IMG/VR virus record: IMGVR_UViG_3300012890_000001 | Coordinates: 2,278 to 66,277 of that record | DNA length: 64,000 nucleotides | DNA from: a virus | Taxonomy: Duplodnaviria; Caudoviricetes | Strand: one strand, 5' to 3' | In this document: positions 1 to 9,617 of the stretch, piece after piece | Position numbering within the stretch: the first letter of the stretch is position 1 | Layout: each line of letters begins with the position of its first letter | Position numbers and translations under genes: made by a program | The notes under the pieces: generated by a model | Told to the model about the DNA's origin: nothing | What the model saw: only the letters and a program-made list of their open reading frames with translations | Databases searched by the model: none

Positions 1-987
1 GCGTCGGGCATCGGTGAGGAGATCTTCGAGGCCATCGAGGGCAACATGGCCGGCGGCGCCCGCCTGTTCATGATCTCCAACCCCACGCAGACCAGTGGCA
101 CCTTCTACCGCAGCCACACCACCGAGCGCCACCTGTGGCACACCATCCACATCAGCAGCGAGGAGACGCCCAACGCCCTCACCGGAGAGAGCATCATCCC
201 CGGCCTCGCTACCGCCGAGTGGGTGGCGGAGAAGAAAGCCCAGTGGGGTATAGACAGCCCGCTCTATCAGGTGCGCGTCAAAGGCAACTTTCCCAGTCAG
301 GCCGAGAACAGCGTGATGGGGCTGGGCCTGATCGAGGCCGCCTGTGCTCGCTGGGAGGACGCCACCGACCTCGCCCCGCTGCGTCTGGGCGTGGACGTGG
401 CCCGCTTCGGAGACGACGCCACAGTCATTCAGGCCGTGCGCGGCTCCAAGGCCCTGCCGCCCCGTGAGCTGCGGAAGTTCGACACCGTGGAGGTCGCCGG
501 GTTCGTGCTGGAGACCGCGCGGGCCATGCGCCGTGGCAACGAGCCGGTGCGGGTGAAGATCGATGACGGCGGCCTGGGCGGTGGCGTGACGGACATCCTC
601 AACCACAGCGAGGAAGCCAAGTTGCTCGGCCTGGAGATCATCCCCCTCAACGCCGGCAGCAGTGCCACAGACCCTCTCTACGTACGGCTGAGAGACCAGC
701 TGTGGTTCGGCCTGAAGGAATGGCTGGAAGACGGGGCCATCCCGAACGACGCCGATCTGGTGGCCGATCTGGTGGCCCCCCTGTACAGCTTCAGCACGGC
801 TGGGAAGCTGCTGGTCGAGTCCAAGAAGGACATGAAGAAGCGCCTCAAGCGCAGCCCGGACAGAGCAGACGCCCTGGCCCTGGCTGTGTACGAGGCGCCG
901 GTCTCTCACGCCCGCACGCCTGCCACCAACCTCTCCGGCCTCGGTGACATCGGCGGCCACCGCAGCAACCCCTTCGGGGCGAGGTGA
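1..987 (+). CDS. terL: Terminase large subunit, 5'-truncated by window edge
   Basis: Frame open from base 1 (ASGIGEEIF, just after a Walker B); ISNP coupling motif; nuclease motifs LGVDVARFGDD and SPDRADALALA; upstream of portal. Confidence 0.93.
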   Translation, partial: ASGIGEEIFEAIEGNMAGGARLFMISNPTQTSGTFYRSHTTERHLWHTIHISSEETPNALTGESIIPGLATAEWVAEKKAQWGIDSPLYQVRVKGNFPSQAENSVMGLGLIEAACARWEDATDLAPLRLGVDVARFGDDATVIQAVRGSKALPPRELRKFDTVEVAGFVLETARAMRRGNEPVRVKIDDGGLGGGVTDILNHSEEAKLLGLEIIPLNAGSSATDPLYVRLRDQLWFGLKEWLEDGAIPNDADLVADLVAPLYSFSTAGKLLVESKKDMKKRLKRSPDRADALALAVYEAPVSHARTPATNLSGLGDIGGHRSNPFGAR

Positions 988-991
988 GCAC

Positions 992-1243
992 ATGGAAGAC
1001 GACAACGAGCTTCACCCGCTGGACATCCTGGACGCCTACGGCACGGCCGGTAGCTTCATCGAGACCCGGCTGGCCCGCCTGAAAGCCACCGCTGACACCG
1101 ACCCCCAGGAGATCGAGTTCTGTGAGGGCATGAGCGGTGTGCTCTTCGCGGGAATCATGCTCGCCACGTCCTACCTCACCGACGACGTGCGGGTACTGGC
1201 CTCCGGCGACGACGAACCGGACGCGGTACGGATGCTCAGTTGA
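992..1243 (+). CDS. Small acidic hypothetical protein
   Basis: ATG at 992 after GAGG; fills gap between terL and portal. Confidence 0.6.
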   Translation: MEDDNELHPLDILDAYGTAGSFIETRLARLKATADTDPQEIEFCEGMSGVLFAGIMLATSYLTDDVRVLASGDDEPDAVRMLS

Positions 1244-1283
1244 CCTCCAGACGCCCCACACCCCACCCCGAAGGAGGTGAACC

Positions 1284-2720
1284 TTGACCAACATCGACCT
1301 CTCAGTGCTCGGCGGCGCCGGCCTGATCCTCACCCGCGAAGACCTCCCCGACTACGGACGGCAAGCCGCCCGGCAATACCGGGAGATGCGCGACAACGAT
1401 GCCCTGCTCGGCGGCATCTTCTTCGCCCTCGAAAGCCTGTTCCGGCGCGTGCAGTACACCGAGACGCCCGCACCCAAGCCCGATGGCCCGCGCGGGCAGT
1501 GGACGGAGAAGCGCGCCGCGTTCTGGGCCAGCTACGTCGGCCAGTGCCGGGAGGACATGAGCCACACCTGGCCGGCCTTCATTGCCGAGGTGCTCACCAG
1601 CCTGGAGTACGGGTTCGCCCCGTTCGAGATCTGCTGGAAGTACCGCATCGGCCCGGAAGAGAAAGACCCGACCAAGCAGAGCCGCTACACCGACGGCCGC
1701 GTGGGCTGGCGCAAGTTCGCCATTCGGCAGCAGACGAGCGTGAGCCGCTGGGAGATGGACCAAGACGGCGGCATCCAGGGCTTCTGGCAGTACGCCGGGG
1801 GCGGCCTGAGCCACACCGGGGCGGCCGAGGTGTTCATCCCGATCAGCAAGGCCCTGCTGTTCCGCACCACGGAAGCCGGGAACAATCCGGAGGGCCGCAG
1901 CCTGCTGCGCAACAGCCGCCGCGCCTACTTCTACCGCCAGCGCATTCAGGAGTTCGAGGCGGTGGGCGTCGAGCGTGATCTGGCGGGCCTGCCCCACATG
2001 GAAGTGCCGACCGCCCTGCTCAGCCCGGACGCCAGTGATGGTGAACGGGCCACGCTGGTCGCCCTGCAGCGTCAGATGTCCGAGCTGCGCAACGGAGAGC
2101 GGGCCTACATCATCACCCCCGCCGAGAAAGAGCTGGGATTTGACGAGAGAGGCAATCCGAAGGACGTGAGCACCGGCTACCGCTTCCGCCTCGTCAGCAG
2201 CGCGGGTGGCCGGGCGCACGACACGAACGCCATCATCCGCCGCTACACCTCGGAGATCGCCACTAGCCTCCTCGCCACCTTCCTGCTCCTGGGCGGGGAC
2301 GGCAACGGGGCGCAGGCGCTCAGCAAAGACCTCACTGAGCTGTTCGAACTGGCCGGGACGGGCATTCTCGACGGCATCGTCGCCACCATCAACCGCTTCG
2401 CTGTGGAGCCCCTGATGCTCCTGAACGGCGTCCCGCCCGAACTCTGGCCCACGATGGGGCACGGCGGGCTGAGTGACGAGGCGCTGCAGGCCATGATCGG
2501 CACGGTCAACACCCTGCTCACCAGCGGCGGCCTGACGGCTGACGATAACCTCGAGGCCCACCTGCGGGACAAGCTCAAGCTCCCCGAGAAGGCCGAGGCC
2601 GACCCGGAAGAGACGGCAGAGGCCCCGGCCCCGAACGGCCCACCGACAGACGACACCACCCCGCCCGCCACCAAGCCCACCCGGGCCTCACCGAAAGCGC
2701 CGATCCAGGCGGGAGGTTAA
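1284..2720 (+). CDS. Portal protein (DUF935/Mu gp29-like)
   Basis: AGGAGG RBS plus TTG; motifs YGFAPFEICW, NNPEGRSLLR, GVERDLAGLP; synteny. Confidence 0.9.
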   Translation: MTNIDLSVLGGAGLILTREDLPDYGRQAARQYREMRDNDALLGGIFFALESLFRRVQYTETPAPKPDGPRGQWTEKRAAFWASYVGQCREDMSHTWPAFIAEVLTSLEYGFAPFEICWKYRIGPEEKDPTKQSRYTDGRVGWRKFAIRQQTSVSRWEMDQDGGIQGFWQYAGGGLSHTGAAEVFIPISKALLFRTTEAGNNPEGRSLLRNSRRAYFYRQRIQEFEAVGVERDLAGLPHMEVPTALLSPDASDGERATLVALQRQMSELRNGERAYIITPAEKELGFDERGNPKDVSTGYRFRLVSSAGGRAHDTNAIIRRYTSEIATSLLATFLLLGGDGNGAQALSKDLTELFELAGTGILDGIVATINRFAVEPLMLLNGVPPELWPTMGHGGLSDEALQAMIGTVNTLLTSGGLTADDNLEAHLRDKLKLPEKAEADPEETAEAPAPNGPPTDDTTPPATKPTRASPKAPIQAGG

Positions 2721-2722
2721 CC

Positions 2723-4450
2723 ATGCCACCGAACAGAAGCCCGACCCTGAAGCTCGTCACGAACGCCTTCATGACCAACGAATGGGCGGTACTCCCCGCC
2801 ACCTACGACCGCATCAGCGAGATCATCGAGGAGCGAGCGCAGGGATTAAAGCCGGACACCTCCGAACTCGCGGCCCGCATTGACGGCCAGACCTACGGCA
2901 GTGACGCTGAGAGTGACGGCGCGGACGACGTGTGCGTGATCAACCTCCACGGCGTGCTGATCAGCCGTGCAGGAATGATGGACATGATCAGCGGCGCCAC
3001 CAGCCCGCAGACGTTCGCCCAACTGGTCACACAGGCTGCCAACGATCCGCAGATCAGCACCATCGTTATCAGCGCCGACACTCCCGGCGGCACCGTCAGC
3101 GGTACACAGGTGGCCGCCGATGCCATCACCTACGCCAAGGGCAAGAAGCCTGTGATCGGCGTGGTCGATGACATGGCGTGCAGCGCGGGCATCTGGATTC
3201 TCAGTCAGTGCTCCGAGATTGTCATTCCTGCCTCTGGCACGGTGGGCAGCATCGGCGTGATCGGCACACACGTTGACCGCAGCAAGGCCCTCGCACAGGC
3301 CGGACTGAAGCACACGGTCATCCGGTCCACTCCCGGCAAGGCGCTGGGACAGCCGAGTGAGGCCATGACGGGCAAGGCCTTGGAGCAGACGCAGGCCCGC
3401 ATGGACGCTCTACACGGTCAGTTCGTGCAGGCAGTCGCCACCGGGCGAGGCGTACCCCTCGACACAGCCGCCGCCTGGGGAACCGGTGACACCTGGCTCG
3501 GTCAGGACGCGGTGGACATGGGCCTCGCTGACCGTCTCGGCACGCTGGCCTCTGTACTTGCTGAACTCTCAGTAGCAGACGCTGCCGAGGACGCAACCCT
3601 ATCCCTCCAGAATGCCGCGCTCGCTGAGGACTCACTCCTCGCCAGTGACGGCAAGTTCCAAAAAGACGCCCGCGTGAAAGTCAAGGGGAAGCCGCACATG
3701 GACGGCCATTCCACCGGGGTCGTCAAGCTCATCGAAGGCCCCACCCACGCCTACGGGATCGTCTTTGACGGCATGGAGGACATGGGAGTCCACAAATGGT
3801 ACGTGGAATCCGAGCTGGAACCCGAAGCAAGCGACCCGAAGCCCGCCAAGAAGCCCATGAAGATGAATGGGCAAGGAGAGACCATGAACTTACAGGCCAT
3901 TACCGCCAAGCTGACCGCTGGTCAGTCCCTCACCGCTGAAGAGCGTGCTTTCCTGAACACCCACCTGGACGGGCAGGCCACCGCCACTCCGGCCGCGCCC
4001 GACATGAGCGCCTGGCCCGCCGAGGCCCGTGCGATGTTCGAGCAGGCGACCGCCGCTGCTGCCCGCGCCAACGATGCCGCCGCGACTGCCCAGGCGACCG
4101 CGACTGCCGAGCGGGACATCCGCCTCACCGCCGAGTTCGAGAAGCGCGCCCTGGCCATCGGCCAGCCCAAGGAGTACGGCGCGACCCTGCGCAAGCTCCA
4201 CGACCTCGACCCGGAGGCGGCCACCGCCACCGAGCAGGCCCTGAAGGCCGCGCACGCCCAGACGCAGCTGACCGCCACCATCGGCACGAGTGCGGCCAGC
4301 CGACCCGGCGCCACCGCGCCCGCCGACCGCATCGAGGCCCGCGCTAAGGAACTGGAGGCCAAGGGTATGAACGGATTTGAGGCCATGGAACAGGCCATGA
4401 AGGAACTCGGCGCTGAGGCGTCCGAGTACAGCCGGGAGGTGCGTGCATGA
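2723..4450 (+). CDS. S49 (SppA-like) prohead protease fused to C-terminal scaffold
   Basis: DTPGGTVSG, MACSAGIW, GSIGV S49 motifs; Ala-rich coiled-coil C-terminus. Confidence 0.9.
   Translation: MPPNRSPTLKLVTNAFMTNEWAVLPATYDRISEIIEERAQGLKPDTSELAARIDGQTYGSDAESDGADDVCVINLHGVLISRAGMMDMISGATSPQTFAQLVTQAANDPQISTIVISADTPGGTVSGTQVAADAITYAKGKKPVIGVVDDMACSAGIWILSQCSEIVIPASGTVGSIGVIGTHVDRSKALAQAGLKHTVIRSTPGKALGQPSEAMTGKALEQTQARMDALHGQFVQAVATGRGVPLDTAAAWGTGDTWLGQDAVDMGLADRLGTLASVLAELSVADAAEDATLSLQNAALAEDSLLASDGKFQKDARVKVKGKPHMDGHSTGVVKLIEGPTHAYGIVFDGMEDMGVHKWYVESELEPEASDPKPAKKPMKMNGQGETMNLQAITAKLTAGQSLTAEERAFLNTHLDGQATATPAAPDMSAWPAEARAMFEQATAAAARANDAAATAQATATAERDIRLTAEFEKRALAIGQPKEYGATLRKLHDLDPEAATATEQALKAAHAQTQLTATIGTSAASRPGATAPADRIEARAKELEAKGMNGFEAMEQAMKELGAEASEYSREVRA
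3884..4450 (+). CDS. Nested in-frame scaffolding protein (internal start)
   Basis: AAGGAGAGACC-ATG at 3884 in frame with the protease; analogous to lambda C/Nu3. Confidence 0.65.
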   Translation: MNLQAITAKLTAGQSLTAEERAFLNTHLDGQATATPAAPDMSAWPAEARAMFEQATAAAARANDAAATAQATATAERDIRLTAEFEKRALAIGQPKEYGATLRKLHDLDPEAATATEQALKAAHAQTQLTATIGTSAASRPGATAPADRIEARAKELEAKGMNGFEAMEQAMKELGAEASEYSREVRA

Positions 4451-4809
4451 GCAGCCAGAACCCTAAACTCTTCGTCACCCGCAAGGCCGAGGCCGACCTG
4501 AGCGGCAAGCAGTACACCTTCGTCACCAAAGGCGCTACGGCCGGTGACATTCTGAGCGCCACCGCCTCAGACGTGATCATCGGCGTTCTGCAGGACAAGC
4601 CCCGTCTGGGTGAGTTCGGCACGGTTGCCACTGACGGCATCCTGAAAGTCAAGGTCAGCGGCACCGTCACCGAGAATGCCTACGTAGGCAGTGACGCCAA
4701 CGGACTCGGCGTGGCCGTGACCACCGGCTACTCGTTCGGCATCTACCTGGATGCGGGCGTAAACGGCGACGTGGTGCGCTTCCACGCCCGCCCGCAGAAA
4801 CTCTCCTGA
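4447..4809 (+). CDS. Capsid decoration/cement protein (DUF2190-like)
   Basis: 120 aa, IGVLQDKP...G..KVKV..G..V.SDANG pattern; between scaffold and capsid gene. Confidence 0.75.
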   Translation: MSSQNPKLFVTRKAEADLSGKQYTFVTKGATAGDILSATASDVIIGVLQDKPRLGEFGTVATDGILKVKVSGTVTENAYVGSDANGLGVAVTTGYSFGIYLDAGVNGDVVRFHARPQKLS

Positions 4810-4827
4810 GCTAACCCGCCTTCGCCC

Positions 4828-4851
4828 ACCCCCGCTTCGGCGGGGGTCTTC
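4828..4851 (+). promoter_or_regulatory. UUCG-capped hairpin upstream of capsid gene (weak terminator or stabiliser)
   Basis: ACCCCCGC-TTCG-GCGGGGT followed by short CTT. Confidence 0.5.
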
Positions 4852-4880
4852 ATTGCCGCACCGTCGGCTTAGGAGTTTAA

Positions 4881-5873
4881 ATGAGCAACCCCACCCCGCG
4901 CGACGTTCAGATCGTTGATCGACTGATGACCAACTTCAGCCTGCAGTACGCGCTGAACAAGGCGAACTTTGCCTCCCGCACCGTGTTCCCGACGATCCCC
5001 GTCACTGACCAGACGGGCATCTACGCCACCTACCCTAAGGGCTTCTTCCTCCGGAACGAGATGAAGGTGCGCCCGCTCACCGGTACGCCCGAGTACATTG
5101 ACTACGCCATCGGCAGCGATACCTACCGTACCGAGGAGTATGCGGTGGGTAAGAAGATTGACGACCGCGTGCGTGCGAACGCCCGTGACCCGCTTGGTCC
5201 GGACCGGGCCACCACCACCCTGCTCACGAACAACGCCATCATCAACTGGGAAGAGAAGTGGGCCGCCGCCTTCTTCCGCAGCGGCGTGTGGACGAACGAG
5301 TACGCGGGCGTGGCCAACGGCCCCACTGCCGGGCAGTTCCTGCAGTTCGATCAGGCGGGCGCCGACCCCATCGGGTACGTTCAGAGCCTGATTGACTCCA
5401 TTGACCAGGCCACCGGTTACCGTCCCAACGTCGCCACGTTGGGCACGAAGGTCTTCCGCACCCTCGTCAACGCCCCTCAGTTCATTGACCGCATCAAGTA
5501 CAGTGAGCGGGGCATCGTGACCCAGGATCTGCTCGCCATGCTGCTCGGCGTGGACTCGGTGAACGTGGCGCGTGCGGTGCACAACGTGGCGAAGGAAGGC
5601 CAGCCGGACAACATTCTCCGCATCAGCGATCCCAAGAGCATGCTGCTCAGCTACGCCGACACCAGTGCCGACGCCAACACCGAGACCATCACGGCCGGTG
5701 CGAACTTCGCGTGGACGGACCTGATTCCCGGCGCGGGCAATGCCATCGGTGGCGTCATCACCCGTGGCCGTGACACTGAGGCGTACAGCGACTGGCTGCA
5801 CATCCGTCAGGCGTTCGGCCAGAAGGTCGTGGCCCCGGACCTCGCGGCCTTCCTGACCAACGTCGTGTCCTGA
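4881..5873 (+). CDS. Major capsid protein
   Basis: AGGAG RBS; 330 aa; VFPTIPV, TGYRPN..TLG, RIKYS, KVVAPDLA; synteny. Confidence 0.88.
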   Translation: MSNPTPRDVQIVDRLMTNFSLQYALNKANFASRTVFPTIPVTDQTGIYATYPKGFFLRNEMKVRPLTGTPEYIDYAIGSDTYRTEEYAVGKKIDDRVRANARDPLGPDRATTTLLTNNAIINWEEKWAAAFFRSGVWTNEYAGVANGPTAGQFLQFDQAGADPIGYVQSLIDSIDQATGYRPNVATLGTKVFRTLVNAPQFIDRIKYSERGIVTQDLLAMLLGVDSVNVARAVHNVAKEGQPDNILRISDPKSMLLSYADTSADANTETITAGANFAWTDLIPGAGNAIGGVITRGRDTEAYSDWLHIRQAFGQKVVAPDLAAFLTNVVS

Positions 5874-5883
5874 GGGGGCTGAC

Positions 5884-6102
5884 ATGAGCAAGAACTACGT
5901 GGCGCTCCTGCCGATTCGGTTTGGAGACACCGTGCTTGAGCCGGGCGAAGTCGTACCGGTCGAAGAGGGCAGGCGGTATGACCTGATGGTCATGCTCGGG
6001 GAGATCAAAGAGGTGGACGCCCCGGCCCCCGTGAAGGCGGTCAGTGCCCCCGCCCCGGCAGAGCCCGCCAAGCCTGACCTGAAGCCCGCCAAGAAGGGCT
6101 GA
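5884..6102 (+). CDS. Small virion-associated protein
   Basis: 72 aa directly after capsid gene, Pro/Lys-rich tail. Confidence 0.6.
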   Translation: MSKNYVALLPIRFGDTVLEPGEVVPVEEGRRYDLMVMLGEIKEVDAPAPVKAVSAPAPAEPAKPDLKPAKKG

Positions 6103-6103
6103 C

Positions 6104-6535
6104 GTGACCGCGCCCACGTCTGAGACGCTGCTGCGTGACCAGATCAGGGAGTGCATCCGGGGCAAGCTGCTGGAGGCCTGGGAGACCGAGAACCCCGAGG
6201 CCCTGAGCCGCCGGCTGCTGGACGACCCGCGCAGCATTGCCGCCAGCATCCTGATGTGGGCGGCCGATCCTGGGAACGACGCCTTGAGGAAACTCGGGGA
6301 CGTGACCACCGACCGGCGCGGGCAGAGCGCGGCGTGGCTGGCGGCGGCCCAGGCCCTGCGGGACGAGGTGCGCTACGACGCCCGCACGGGCAGGCGCAGC
6401 GCGGCCCTGGTGGTCGCCACGGCTTCCACGCCCTGCGACACCGGCCCGGTGTTCGTCATCACGCCGCCCGGCCGGGAAGTGGACAACACCCGCGACGGCT
6501 TGTATCCGGCGATTGACCCTGAGCGGGTGTGGTGA
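6104..6535 (+). CDS. Putative head-tail adaptor
   Basis: Position and size only. Confidence 0.5.
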   Translation: MTAPTSETLLRDQIRECIRGKLLEAWETENPEALSRRLLDDPRSIAASILMWAADPGNDALRKLGDVTTDRRGQSAAWLAAAQALRDEVRYDARTGRRSAALVVATASTPCDTGPVFVITPPGREVDNTRDGLYPAIDPERVW

Positions 6536-6930
6536 TGGAGGACTTCGCAGGGTTCTTTGACGACTTCGCCGACCTCCTGAAGGACCGGCTCACCCTGGAA
6601 ATCCTGACCCCGGCTACCCGTGACCCTGACACTGACGTGCCGTCCGGCCCGGCGGCTGTGGTGCAGGTCATCGACCAGTTGTGCTCAGACCAGGACCTGG
6701 ACGCTCGCAGTCGCGCACAGTTGATCGTGAACGGTGTGGCCGGTACGGTGCCGGTCAGTCGCTGCTTCACCGCCTGGTTTCCCTGGCCGGAGCTGCCCGC
6801 AGGCGCCCAGTTGATCGTCCGAGTCAATGGGCGGCTCCGTCCGTTACTGAAGCAGGGCCCCCCGACCGACAGCGGCGGCCAAGGGGGAGTCTACGTGCTG
6901 GAACTCGGCGCACCGGAGGGCAACCGATGA
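6529..6930 (+). CDS. Putative head closure protein
   Basis: Position, size, overlap with neighbours. Confidence 0.45.
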   Translation: MVMEDFAGFFDDFADLLKDRLTLEILTPATRDPDTDVPSGPAAVVQVIDQLCSDQDLDARSRAQLIVNGVAGTVPVSRCFTAWFPWPELPAGAQLIVRVNGRLRPLLKQGPPTDSGGQGGVYVLELGAPEGNR

Positions 6931-7304
6931 TCAACCATGCGTTGCTCGACGCTTACTTAGACGCGCTATTGGAGGGCCGGGCTCACGCTGTCGGGGCTAC
7001 TCTGATTGACGACCTCGGCCACCCTGGACAGGGTACACTGCACCCCGGCAACGTTAACCCCTCGAGCCTCCCCGGGGACTATCCAGCCGTCCAGACCGAG
7101 GCTCTGATTCAGAGCATCGACGTTCGCCCAATTGGACGCCTCGCCTACGTTGTCGGGAGCTTTGAGGACATGAACGCTGAAGGGTACGCGCATGCGCTTG
7201 ACCTGGAAAGCAGTCCACCCGCACAGGGCGGGCGGCAATTTCTGGAGAAGGCTGCGCATGATCCGGAGATTCTGCAGGCACTTGAGGCCGGACGTGGCCC
7301 ATGA
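6927..7304 (+). CDS. Putative neck protein (HK97 gp10-like)
   Basis: ATGA overlap at 6927; SLPGDYPAVQT.AL.QSI, YA..L, RQFLEKA. Confidence 0.6.
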   Translation: MINHALLDAYLDALLEGRAHAVGATLIDDLGHPGQGTLHPGNVNPSSLPGDYPAVQTEALIQSIDVRPIGRLAYVVGSFEDMNAEGYAHALDLESSPPAQGGRQFLEKAAHDPEILQALEAGRGP

Positions 7305-7714
7305 GCACCTTGCTCGGTTTCTGCAAGACCATTCCGGAGCTGGGTGGGCGCTGCTATCTCGACACCGCGCCATCGCTGCCTGAGACGCCGTATGCCATCG
7401 TCTACGACGCCCCAGGTGGCGTGGGCGAGCGGTACTACGGCGGGGCGGACGTGACCACCGTCTACCCGAGCGTGACCGTCTATCACAAACCGGCGGTGAA
7501 AGAAGAGGCCGCCCTGGCCCGGCAGCAACTGATGGCGATCATGACGAAGTTGCAGAACGCCCACCGCACGGTAGACACCCACAGCGACGGCGTGACGCCG
7601 TTCGTCAGGGGAAGTGTGCAGCGGGCCTCGGACTTCGCCCCGATGCCGGATAAGACCGTACAGGGGCAGAGCTACGCCACCGTGCGCTTCTCAGCGATGG
7701 TTTACCGCCCGTGA
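7301..7714 (+). CDS. Putative tail terminator
   Basis: Y.D.AP....PYAIV motif; position before tail tube gene. Confidence 0.55.
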   Translation: MSTLLGFCKTIPELGGRCYLDTAPSLPETPYAIVYDAPGGVGERYYGGADVTTVYPSVTVYHKPAVKEEAALARQQLMAIMTKLQNAHRTVDTHSDGVTPFVRGSVQRASDFAPMPDKTVQGQSYATVRFSAMVYRP

Positions 7715-7770
7715 CCCTCCACCCTTTGACACTGGCCCTGCTGCGAGAGCGGTACGGGCAAGGAGACGCC

Positions 7771-7986
7771 ATGAGCCAGCCCACCCGTGCCCCGAACATT
7801 GAGGCCGAGTACACCCCGCCCGCTCCGGCCCAGTCGCCCGTCGTGGTGACGCAGCTGGAGATCGGGGGCGTGCTTGTCAGCTACATCTTCGAGGGCCGCC
7901 GCTACGCCTGCACGGCAGCGAACGAGAAAGATGCTCGTGACCTCCTGACGGCTGACCCGGTCTTCTGCCTCGTCCGTTCGTTCTGA
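7771..7986 (+). CDS. Small hypothetical protein
   Basis: AAGGAG RBS before ATG 7771 (alternative GTG 7711). Confidence 0.5.
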   Translation: MSQPTRAPNIEAEYTPPAPAQSPVVVTQLEIGGVLVSYIFEGRRYACTAANEKDARDLLTADPVFCLVRSF

Positions 7987-8008
7987 CCGGCCACCCCCTC
8001 AACCCGCC

Positions 8009-8030
8009 GCGCCCTCCGGGGCGCTTTTTT
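8009..8030 (+). terminator. Intrinsic terminator
   Basis: GCGCCC-TCCG-GGGCGC-TTTTTT. Confidence 0.75.
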
Positions 8031-8057
8031 CTGCCCTGACGGGCACAGGAGATCATC

Positions 8058-8735
8058 ATGGTTCAGCCTCCCGCACAGACCGCCGCCGCCACCCAGCAGA
8101 CCACGACCGGCTCAACCACCTACTTCGAGGTGCGCCTCGCCAGCTACAGCGCCCCGTCCGTGGTGGCGACCACCAGCGCCGCAGCGGTCGCCGGGGCCAC
8201 CACCCTTGCCGTAACGGCCCTCACCGGCCCCATCCCGGCCGGCGCGGTGCTGCACTTCCCCACGGGTGACGCCACGCTCACCGCCGCTGCCGCTGCCGCT
8301 GCCACGTCCCTGAGCGTGCTGCCGCTGGACACGGCCATCCCCAGCGCTGCGGCCAGCAGCTACGACGGCTACTTCGCGCTGCCCATCCTGGGCGACGTGA
8401 ACCTGAGCTTCAGCCCGACCGACGTGAACTACCAGGCGTATGTCAGCAGCGGCCTGGACGTGTGGGACTATGCCTCGAAGGTGTCGATGGCTGGCAAACT
8501 GGACTTCAAGACCGGCGCCCCAGACAACGACCCCGCCGTCTACCCCCTCGTTCAGGCTGGTATGCGCTCGGGCGGCGTGGCCGGTGTGCAGTTCCGCCTG
8601 CGCCGCGCCTCGGGCAGCTGGTACACCGGCTTCAGCACCCTGGGTGTGAACATGAACAACCCGGCCCGTGGCATCGCCGAGACCATGTTCACCGGCACGA
8701 CCTCCGGCCGCGTGGTTTTTACTCCCAATATCTAA
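8058..8735 (+). CDS. Major tail (tube) protein
   Basis: AGGAG RBS; strong GC3 bias; C-terminal QFRL...G..YTGF...TFTGT.SG tube-like pattern; synteny. Confidence 0.75.
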   Translation: MVQPPAQTAAATQQTTTGSTTYFEVRLASYSAPSVVATTSAAAVAGATTLAVTALTGPIPAGAVLHFPTGDATLTAAAAAAATSLSVLPLDTAIPSAAASSYDGYFALPILGDVNLSFSPTDVNYQAYVSSGLDVWDYASKVSMAGKLDFKTGAPDNDPAVYPLVQAGMRSGGVAGVQFRLRRASGSWYTGFSTLGVNMNNPARGIAETMFTGTTSGRVVFTPNI

Positions 8736-8741
8736 TTATCA

Positions 8742-8847
8742 ATCACAGGGCCGATTGCTATTTAGGCCCTGTGATATAATAGAAGAAGAAAGCCCCTCAT
8801 GGTGCGTCAACACCTAGGGGCAGTAGACCTAAAGGGAGGTCCACATG
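8742..8847 (+). promoter_or_regulatory. Promoter and structured leader of HNH gene
   Basis: 11-bp inverted repeat ATCACAGGGCC/GGCCCTGTGAT, extended -10 TGATATAAT, GGTG-CGTCAA-CACC hairpin, GACCT/AGGTC hairpin over the SD. Confidence 0.6.
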
Positions 8848-9552
8848 GAAGACTATACTTCAATTCCGTTAACGGGGCAGGCAGGCGAAGGCAAGTTCAT
8901 GCTTTTGGATAGTGCCGACGTACATCATTTTGAAGGTAGAGGTCTATTCTTTGGGAGTCATGGCTATGCCGTCATTTCCCGGAAAAAGATTCATCTGCTG
9001 GCTCATAGAGTGATTCTGGGTGCTCAAAAAAGTCAAGTTATTGACCATATCAACGGAAATCGATTGGATAATCGGCGGGTGAACCTCCGTTTTTGCACAA
9101 CGGCTCAAAATGCGGCAAATGTCTCCAAGCGGGAAAATAGAGATCATAAGGGTGTATTCTGGGATAAATCACGGAGTATCTGGCGTGTTTTCCTGCAAGT
9201 GGAAGACAAGATGGTTTATCTCGGATCATTTGAAGATGCTCAAAAGGGTTCAGAGGTCTACGACGCCGCCGCTTTACAATCGTTTGGCGCGTTTGCGAAA
9301 CCTAACGACCCAAATGCCCCCACGGCTTACGCCTCTGCCTATCTCGCCGAATGGTTTGGCCCCCGCTGGTTGGTTACCTCGCCATCTGGTGAAGAGTTCC
9401 GCTTGGACACACTTAAACAGTTTTGCAGAGACAACAGTTTGATGCACAGCAACATGATTCTCGTCTCCCAAGGGAAGCAGGCCAAGCATAAGGGCTGGTC
9501 TTGTAAGCGCATATCCAACATGCCCGCCCGCTCAACGGTCCCGAACATCTGA
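8845..9552 (+). CDS. HNH-AP2 homing endonuclease
   Basis: IDHINGNRLDNRRVNLR, then KGVFW...W...YLGSF...YD.AA...FG.FA; visibly lower GC than flanks. Confidence 0.9.
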   Translation: MEDYTSIPLTGQAGEGKFMLLDSADVHHFEGRGLFFGSHGYAVISRKKIHLLAHRVILGAQKSQVIDHINGNRLDNRRVNLRFCTTAQNAANVSKRENRDHKGVFWDKSRSIWRVFLQVEDKMVYLGSFEDAQKGSEVYDAAALQSFGAFAKPNDPNAPTAYASAYLAEWFGPRWLVTSPSGEEFRLDTLKQFCRDNSLMHSNMILVSQGKQAKHKGWSCKRISNMPARSTVPNI

Positions 9553-9617
9553 TTCACCCGGGGCCGTCCCAGTGGCGGTCCCATCCCTTTTAGCTTTGCC
9601 CCATTTCAGAGGCACAA

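Noticed and set aside
8280-8303. GCCGCT tandem repeat
   Set aside because: Encodes a poly-Ala tract in the tail tube protein; in frame, so not a phase-variation tract.
8736-9617. Group I intron around the HNH-AP2 gene
   Set aside because: The tail tube gene appears complete with its own stop and no intron core elements were recognised; treated as free-standing.
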